Shown: positions 58,112 through 64,000 of the stretch, one piece after another
Layout: each line of letters starts with the position of its first letter
Position numbering within the stretch: position 1 is the first letter of the stretch
Assembly: GCA_016931225.1 (NCBI GenBank)
Contig: JAFGFE010000040.1
Location: 67,149-131,148 of the forward strand
Direction: 5' to 3'
Origin: Candidatus Zymogenaceae bacterium
Lineage (GTDB): Bacteria > Desulfobacterota > Zymogenia > Zymogenales > Zymogenaceae
Length of the DNA stretch: 64,000 bases
Position numbers and translations under genes: made by a program
The notes under the pieces: generated by a model
Told to the model about the DNA's origin: nothing
What the model saw: the letters and a program-made list of their open reading frames with translations, nothing else
Databases searched by the model: none

Positions 58112-59623
58112 ATGCGGCTGGAAACAGCGCTGATCGCGCTTTTAGCCCTTCTCCTTATCTACCGTATTCTCAAGGGAACCGTAAAAAAACTCGCCCGGAA
58201 ACGCATCCGTCGCCAGAGTCTCAAGACGATTCGTCGGTTTCGTATTCGAATCGAGCGGTTCAAGCTGACGCGGAAGAAATACATCAAGTTTCAGATCCTC
58301 AAGGAACGGGAGATCTGGGAGGAGATGGATCGATACGCCAGAAGAAACCAGATTACCACCGAGGAGGCGATGGATCGGGTCGAGGAGTACATCGACGAGA
58401 TCGTCCCTTTCTTCAATATCTTATCCTACTACAAATTCGGATACGCAACGGCCCACTTCCTTCTGAATCTCATTTACAACGTTGTCATTGACGAAAAAAA
58501 TCTCAGTATGTTGAAACGGGTGCCGAAAAACAGCGTGGTCATTTACATCATGAACCACCGGAGCAATGCCGACTACCTCCTCGTGGCCTACATGCTCGCC
58601 GAGCACATCGCCCTCTCCTATGCCGTGGGGGAATGGGCGCGCATCTGGCCCCTCGAGTACATCTTCAAGAGCTTTGGTTCCTATTTCATTCGCCGAAAAT
58701 TTCGTGAACCACTGTACCATAAGGTGCTGGAAAAGTATGTTCAGCTCATCAGTAAAAACGGTATCACCCAGGGCATCTTCGTGGAAGGGGGGTTGAGCCG
58801 GGACGGGCGGCTCAGGGACGCGAAGGTGGGCCTGATGGATTATATCGTCAAGATCCTTCAGGATGATGATTTCACCCAGGATGTGATCTTCGTGCCGACG
58901 GCGATCAACTACGACCGGGTCCTGGAAGACCTCAACCTAGTGCGCGAGATACACGGCGCACCCCCGGAAAAAAAGGGAGTCAAAAAGCTTCTCTCCGGCG
59001 CGTCCATTATCGTCCAAATACCCCGGGTCATCATCAGAAACGGTTTTTACTACATATTCAAGGGGATTCGTAAATACGGGTATACATCGGTGGCCCTGGG
59101 ACGACCGATCTCCCTGAGACATTACCTTGAGGTGAGGGGCAGGGACATCTTCTCCCTGGAGGACAAGGAGAGAAAAAACGAGATAAAGCTCTTTGTGAAT
59201 ACCGTCATGAAGCGTGTGGGTGAGGTCATCCCCGTTACACCGGTGCCGCTGGTATCCCTGACGATACTCAAGGACGGACGAGTTGTGATACCCAGAACGG
59301 AGCTGCTCCACGGCATGAGAAAGGCCCTCAGCCACCTTGTCCAAAAGGACGCCCGCATCGTCCGCGGGGACGAATTTCTGGACATCGAAACGGAAAAGGC
59401 GCGCCTGAGGGCCGTGGCGCAGGACAGAACCCGGGAACTCCTGGATTTTGAACACAGCCTCATCGAAACCGAGGAGATGGACAGAACCCTCTCCCTGGCG
59501 CTGGAGGTGCTGTCGCTTCGGAATATCGCCTGGAAGAAAAAGGACGACATCGTCATAAATCCGAATCGGAAGGAGGTGCTCACCTATTACAGCAACTCCA
59601 TCATTCACCTTTTCGACGAGTGA
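58112..59623 (+). CDS. Glycerol-3-phosphate acyltransferase (PlsB/PlsC superfamily)
   Basis: NHRSNADY (HX4D); YFIRR; FVEGGLSRDG; VPTAINYD. Confidence 0.88.
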   Translation: MRLETALIALLALLLIYRILKGTVKKLARKRIRRQSLKTIRRFRIRIERFKLTRKKYIKFQILKEREIWEEMDRYARRNQITTEEAMDRVEEYIDEIVPFFNILSYYKFGYATAHFLLNLIYNVVIDEKNLSMLKRVPKNSVVIYIMNHRSNADYLLVAYMLAEHIALSYAVGEWARIWPLEYIFKSFGSYFIRRKFREPLYHKVLEKYVQLISKNGITQGIFVEGGLSRDGRLRDAKVGLMDYIVKILQDDDFTQDVIFVPTAINYDRVLEDLNLVREIHGAPPEKKGVKKLLSGASIIVQIPRVIIRNGFYYIFKGIRKYGYTSVALGRPISLRHYLEVRGRDIFSLEDKERKNEIKLFVNTVMKRVGEVIPVTPVPLVSLTILKDGRVVIPRTELLHGMRKALSHLVQKDARIVRGDEFLDIETEKARLRAVAQDRTRELLDFEHSLIETEEMDRTLSLALEVLSLRNIAWKKKDDIVINPNRKEVLTYYSNSIIHLFDE

Positions 59624-59734
59624 GGTCCGGTTGACGAGGAGATCCGGCGGCATGTAATACCGATCCGATCACACGGCACAGATCCCCTTTCCCCGGCACG
59701 GTAACCTTTCGAACAACACGGAGACACATGGAGC

Positions 59735-60364
59735 ATGATCATCTTCCTTGAAATTGCGAGCTTCGTCCTTACGGGCCTATTGATATTTCATAGCGTCAGG
59801 GTTCGCGGCGTCTCCTTTACCCTGCTGTTCTTCATCACAGGCGGGATTCTGGGCGTCCTGCGGGAAAATGCCGTTGCGATCCTTTCCAATCTCTATCAGT
59901 ACAATCCTGCAATGTTCACCCTCTGGATCGGACATGCCCCGATCATCCTCATGGTCTTCTGGTCGTTTACCGTCTATATTTCCATGTCCCTGTCCGAGCG
60001 GATGGTGTCCGGCGACCTCCCGAACGGCAGGCGGGTGGTTCCGGTCATCGGTCTCTCCATGGTGTGCATGGGGATATATGCCTGCTTCAACGAGGCGATG
60101 GCGTCGTCGTTTCCAATGATACTGTGGAAGTTCCACCCGGATATTACCGTCTGGGGAGACACGCCGATCATAGTGATCTTCGGATACGCGGGCCTCGCCG
60201 CGATCATGCTTACAATACTGTATCTGATACACCGGCGTCCCTGGAAAACGTGGGTAAAGGTCGCCTCTGGTGCGCTGTCCACGATTGTCATGGTCCCGTT
60301 ACACCTGGCATGGATCGCCCTGACGAGACTCATCATCCAGGTGCTGCACAGGGTCCCCGTATAA
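59735..60364 (+). CDS. Membrane protein, possibly carotenoid biosynthesis (CruF/DUF422)-like
   Basis: 6-7 TMs with repeated E...Y/W...P motifs. Confidence 0.5.
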   Translation: MIIFLEIASFVLTGLLIFHSVRVRGVSFTLLFFITGGILGVLRENAVAILSNLYQYNPAMFTLWIGHAPIILMVFWSFTVYISMSLSERMVSGDLPNGRRVVPVIGLSMVCMGIYACFNEAMASSFPMILWKFHPDITVWGDTPIIVIFGYAGLAAIMLTILYLIHRRPWKTWVKVASGALSTIVMVPLHLAWIALTRLIIQVLHRVPV

Positions 60365-60430
60365 AAAGAGACGCCGCTGCAATTTTCACACAGGCTTGAT
60401 GCGACTCGTCGTACCGACGGGAGGAAATAG

Positions 60431-61426
60431 ATGCCCGATATCATCTGCACAGGAGAGATGCTCATCGACTTCGTCGCCGCCGAAAAGGGATACGGCGTCG
60501 GCGACGCACCCGGATTCATCCCGACACCCGGCGGCGCGCCGGCGAACGTGGCGGTGGGGGCGGCGCTCCTGGGAGGATCCGTCGGATTTATTGGTAAGGT
60601 GGGGGACGACCCGTTCGGAAAAAAGCTTGTCCGGGTCCTGGAATCATACGGGGTGGACACGAGTGCGGTGAGTTTTGCAGAGTACGCCAGGACCATGCTC
60701 GCCTTTGTCAGTCTTACCGAAGAAGGAGACCGGGACTTCGTCTTCTATCGTCACCCCTCGGCGGACATGTTGATTGTGCCGGAAGACGTCCCGGACGGAT
60801 ATCTAGATGGTATCCGTATCTTCCATTTCGGCTCCATCAGCCTCATTGGAGAGCCGTCCCGAAGCACCACGCTCACCCTCGTCGAGAAGGCCCGGAATGC
60901 GGGAGCTCTCATCAGCTTCGATCCGAACATACGGATGTCCCTCTGGCCCGATGAAGACACCGCCCGGGAGACAATCATGATGGCGATCAAGCTTTCCCAC
61001 GTGACCAAGCTCTCCGGGGAGGAGGCGGAGTTGATCGCCCGGGATCCGAACCCGAAGCGGGCGGGGCGCATTATCGAGATGATGGGACCGGGACTGGTGG
61101 CGGTGACCCTGGCGGAAAAGGGGTGTGTCGCCGTGACCGCCCGGTACGGTGTGGAGGTGATGGGACACAAGATGAAGGTTGCGGACACCACCGGCGCGGG
61201 AGACGCCTTTACGGCGGCGATGCTGGTGAACCTGACGGAGATGGGGGACGATGTCCTCACAAACCCCGGTCTTTTGGGAGACCTGGAGTTGATTCGGATA
61301 TTTCAATTCGCCAACGCCGCCGGCGCCCTGACCACCACCGCCACCGGCGCCATTCCCGCCCTTCCCCGACGGGAAGAGATCGAGGCGTTTCTCCAGAGGG
61401 AACGCTCCCGGGCGCCGCTGCAATAA
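60431..61426 (+). CDS. PfkB family carbohydrate kinase (fructokinase-like)
   Basis: GEMLIDF; GGAPANVA; FDPNIR; DTTGAGDAF. Confidence 0.95.
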   Translation: MPDIICTGEMLIDFVAAEKGYGVGDAPGFIPTPGGAPANVAVGAALLGGSVGFIGKVGDDPFGKKLVRVLESYGVDTSAVSFAEYARTMLAFVSLTEEGDRDFVFYRHPSADMLIVPEDVPDGYLDGIRIFHFGSISLIGEPSRSTTLTLVEKARNAGALISFDPNIRMSLWPDEDTARETIMMAIKLSHVTKLSGEEAELIARDPNPKRAGRIIEMMGPGLVAVTLAEKGCVAVTARYGVEVMGHKMKVADTTGAGDAFTAAMLVNLTEMGDDVLTNPGLLGDLELIRIFQFANAAGALTTTATGAIPALPRREEIEAFLQRERSRAPLQ

Positions 61427-61444
61427 CATTGAGAAAAAGAAGTG

Positions 61445-62782
61445 TTAGAAGAGCTTCGTCAGCCAGCGAAAGCCGAGGGCGAATATCCGTCTGGCGGGGG
61501 TGGTTGAGAGGGCTTTGCGGATGAGTGATAACAGGGGCAGAGACGGCACGTGATCAGGGCGGTATTCGATTTTCGTGACGTCCCCGATAAAAAACCGCGA
61601 TTGAAACAGGCTTTTGATATAAAAATACGTGATCTGTGCGATGATGTCCCAGGCCCGCTCCCGCTGCCGGGAAAGGTCGTCGTATCGGTATGCCCCCATC
61701 GCCATCGTCACCGGCTCCACCAGGTGATAAATTCCGAGACGGCTCCCGGTCAGCTCCCGGGCCGACCAGAGCAGGTACATGCAGCCGGTGCAGTAGGTGA
61801 CCAGTCCGTCTACCCCCGCGGCTTCCGCCTCGGCCAGCTTTCTCATGGCTCCCTTCATGATCTTGAAGGGAACCGACGCCTTCGGGATATCCGCCGCCCC
61901 CCTGCCGAATCCGCAGCACAGAGAATCGAACCGATTATGGGCCAGCTCCACCACCTCGGCGCCGGTATCGGCCAGAATCTCCCGCACGGCGTCAAAGAGG
62001 CTCTCCCCCGCCGCCTTCGCGTAGCAACTGTCGTGCACGGCGAGTCGCAGTGAAATCTTCTTCTGAAGCTCGATCCGTCCGGACCAGAGCTCATCGGAAA
62101 GCCAGTGGGTAAAGGAGAGGGGGGTGTCTTCGAGCTGGTAGTTTTCGGGGAACACCCGGGTCATGAGCTGTATCACCGCGTCAGTGAGGAGATACGGCGT
62201 CGTCTCGCCGGATGCCAGTTCGTCATAAAAGGGCCGCACCGCTTTTCCGATGTCCTGCACGACCTCGATGTATCCCGCCTGAGCCAGGTACGCGCCGCTT
62301 TCCCAGTGTTCGATGGGATCAAGCAATGTAAAGGAATCAAACAAGGGGGATTCGAAGATATGCGGAAACAGATGGGCGTAGTTCCCGATGATCAGGGGGC
62401 GTTTTCCGGGCGTGTCCAGATCGCGATGCCATCGGGAAAAAGCCCCCCTTTCTTTCGGCGACGCCAGGATATTCAGGGTCGTCCAGGCGTTTTGTTTCAT
62501 ATTGGGGCAGACATACCGATAGATGGGCGAGGCGCCCCGGCGCCGGTAGAGATCGTTGAAACGGCTCAATACCAGGTAGTAGGGACCGGCGTCGGTGGGG
62601 CAATAGGTATTGCATGAAAAACACGACGCGCAGCGTGCGAGCACCCGCCGGGCCAACGGACCATCGGTGCCGGCGATCAACTCGGTAACAGCGGTCCTGG
62701 CGTCCTCGTCCGAAAGGTCGAGTTCCGGACAGCGTGCCATGCACAGGCCGCATCCATTACAGCGCTGTTCAACAAATCGCAC
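61445..62782 (-). CDS. (Fe-S)-binding protein with CCG domain (HdrD/GlcF-like)
   Basis: Two CxxCxxCxxxCP motifs; HDSC; CCG; CTGC. Confidence 0.88.
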   Translation of the reverse strand: MRFVEQRCNGCGLCMARCPELDLSDEDARTAVTELIAGTDGPLARRVLARCASCFSCNTYCPTDAGPYYLVLSRFNDLYRRRGASPIYRYVCPNMKQNAWTTLNILASPKERGAFSRWHRDLDTPGKRPLIIGNYAHLFPHIFESPLFDSFTLLDPIEHWESGAYLAQAGYIEVVQDIGKAVRPFYDELASGETTPYLLTDAVIQLMTRVFPENYQLEDTPLSFTHWLSDELWSGRIELQKKISLRLAVHDSCYAKAAGESLFDAVREILADTGAEVVELAHNRFDSLCCGFGRGAADIPKASVPFKIMKGAMRKLAEAEAAGVDGLVTYCTGCMYLLWSARELTGSRLGIYHLVEPVTMAMGAYRYDDLSRQRERAWDIIAQITYFYIKSLFQSRFFIGDVTKIEYRPDHVPSLPLLSLIRKALSTTPARRIFALGFRWLTKLF

Positions 62783-62792
62783 GGTCGTCCTA

Positions 62793-63332
62793 TTACATCA
62801 TTTTATCAAGGCTTTCCCGATAGATATTCAGATCCCCTTCACTGAACAACACAAATCGAACCAGCTTGATCTCTGGATGATCGTTGATGTAATCAATGAC
62901 GGTCCTCAGCGCAACTCGTGACGCATCGCGGATCGGGTATCCATATGCGCCGGTGCTGATGGATGGGAAGGCGATGGATGTGATGCCCTCTTTCGAAGCG
63001 ATTTCAAGACTGGTGCGATAGGCACCGGCCAGAAGCGTCTCCTCACCCTTTGTCCCACCACGATAGACCGGTCCCACGGCATGGATTACGTATTTCGCCT
63101 TCAGTTTGCCTCCCGTGGTCAACACTGCGCCGCCCGTGGGGCATCCGCCGATCTTTCTGCATTCCGCCATGATCTCGGGACCACCCACGCTGTGGATGGC
63201 ACCATCGACTCCCCCCCCGCCCCGAAGGCCGGAATTAGCTGCGTTCACAATGGCGTCTGTGGTTTCCGTGGTGATATCTCCCTTTGCCAGCTCCAGAACG
63301 CTGGAGCCGATATTCATGCGTGTATCGGACAT
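62793..63332 (-). CDS. Macro-domain O-acetyl-ADP-ribose deacetylase (YmdB-like)
   Basis: GDIT; AIVNAAN; GGGGVDGAIH; VIHAVGP; PSISTGAYG. Confidence 0.95.
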   Translation of the reverse strand: MSDTRMNIGSSVLELAKGDITTETTDAIVNAANSGLRGGGGVDGAIHSVGGPEIMAECRKIGGCPTGGAVLTTGGKLKAKYVIHAVGPVYRGGTKGEETLLAGAYRTSLEIASKEGITSIAFPSISTGAYGYPIRDASRVALRTVIDYINDHPEIKLVRFVLFSEGDLNIYRESLDKMM

Positions 63333-63483
63333 AATGAATCAATTCTCCCAAAAAAACTCCATTTCCCCTGAGTGATTGGAGAATTATAGGAAAACATCGA
63401 TAAAATGGCAAGACAATTTACCCAAAAATTTTTCTTCCCTTTCATGACGATTGTCACCGTTACACACCGATCACATTGCGTTA

Positions 63484-63513
63484 TTGACACGGGAAGCAAA
63501 ATTCTGCTATGAT
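63484..63513 (+). promoter_or_regulatory. Sigma-70-type promoter of the DUF362 gene
   Basis: TTGACA-N18-TATGAT with an extended TG. Confidence 0.55.
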
Positions 63514-63547
63514 TTTATATATAGATATCACACTACGGAGATCACCC

Positions 63548-64000
63548 ATGAACACCGCAAAGAAAAGTCGTGTTATCCTCAGACGCTGCAACGCATATGA
63601 ACCCAGGCTGATATCCGGTATCATCTCGGAATCCCTCACCGACCTCGGATTCAAGCCCCACGGAAAAACCCTTATCAAGCCCAACGTCGTCAGCGCAAAC
63701 AAGGCCTACATCTTCGATTCCTACACCAATCCTGTGGTTGTGGGAAGCGCCGTCGACGTGGTACGGGACATGGGGGCGCGGGACGTGACCATCGGTGAGT
63801 CCGGCGGATACGGAATCCCGTCCCGGCTCTTCATGAGCGAGGCCGGATACTTCGACATGGCCAAAGAGAAACACGTTCGGCTGGTCGATTTCAACGAAGA
63901 GCCAACGGTGACGGTGCCCCTGAAAAAGGGTGTGTGGCACACCTCCATGCTGGCTGCCAGAAGCCTCGCTGAGGCGGAGTGTAAGATCTGGATGCCCAAG
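63548..64000 (+). CDS. DUF362 domain protein, 3' end truncated by the window edge
   Basis: MNTAKKSRVIL...LIKPNVV...TNPVVV...VTIGESGG...IWMPK; open to the end of the window and absent from the ORF track. Confidence 0.85.
   Translation, partial: MNTAKKSRVILRRCNAYEPRLISGIISESLTDLGFKPHGKTLIKPNVVSANKAYIFDSYTNPVVVGSAVDVVRDMGARDVTIGESGGYGIPSRLFMSEAGYFDMAKEKHVRLVDFNEEPTVTVPLKKGVWHTSMLAARSLAEAECKIWMPK

Noticed and set aside
62793-63332. Macro domain as part of a toxin-antitoxin or anti-phage system
   Set aside because: Canonical YmdB-like sequence with no adjacent ADP-ribosyltransferase or sirtuin.
1-64000. tRNA, rRNA or known riboswitch
   Set aside because: No T-loop/cloverleaf, rRNA or riboswitch consensus recognised by eye; an Infernal scan would be needed to exclude them.

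Overview
GC-rich bacterial chromosomal window, probably from an anaerobic, diderm Desulfobacterota/'Deltaproteobacteria'-like organism (inferred from gene content). It holds about 50 mostly metabolic and housekeeping genes: a multi-PAS hybrid kinase, a sigma-54 regulator, peptidases, CoA ligases, dehydrogenases, a Tat sulfatase, ugd/uxs, a type IV pilin, rpsU, a macro-domain protein and DUF362. I found no rRNA, tRNA, CRISPR array, integrase or reverse transcriptase. Three things stand out. (1) At 5.8-14 kb an uncharacterised module (outer-membrane beta-barrel plus exported FecR/NTF2-like protein) has been tandemly amplified to 2 barrels and 3 FecR paralogs. Its junction carries a displaced 3' end of the neighbouring M20 peptidase gene, a triplicated terminator and an inverted FecR fragment. 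(2) At 32-38.8 kb a ~6.8 kb catabolic islet (2 CoA ligases, PadR, a divergent AbfD/HpaB-family enzyme, an IS481 remnant) is bracketed by a duplicated 3' end of a glycoside-hydrolase gene, a duplicated terminator/gene tail and a 62-bp copy of a nearby gene. (3) A sigma-54-driven, very aromatic-rich type IV pilin fits published e-pilin sequence criteria. All family assignments come from recognising motifs by eye; no database searches were run.
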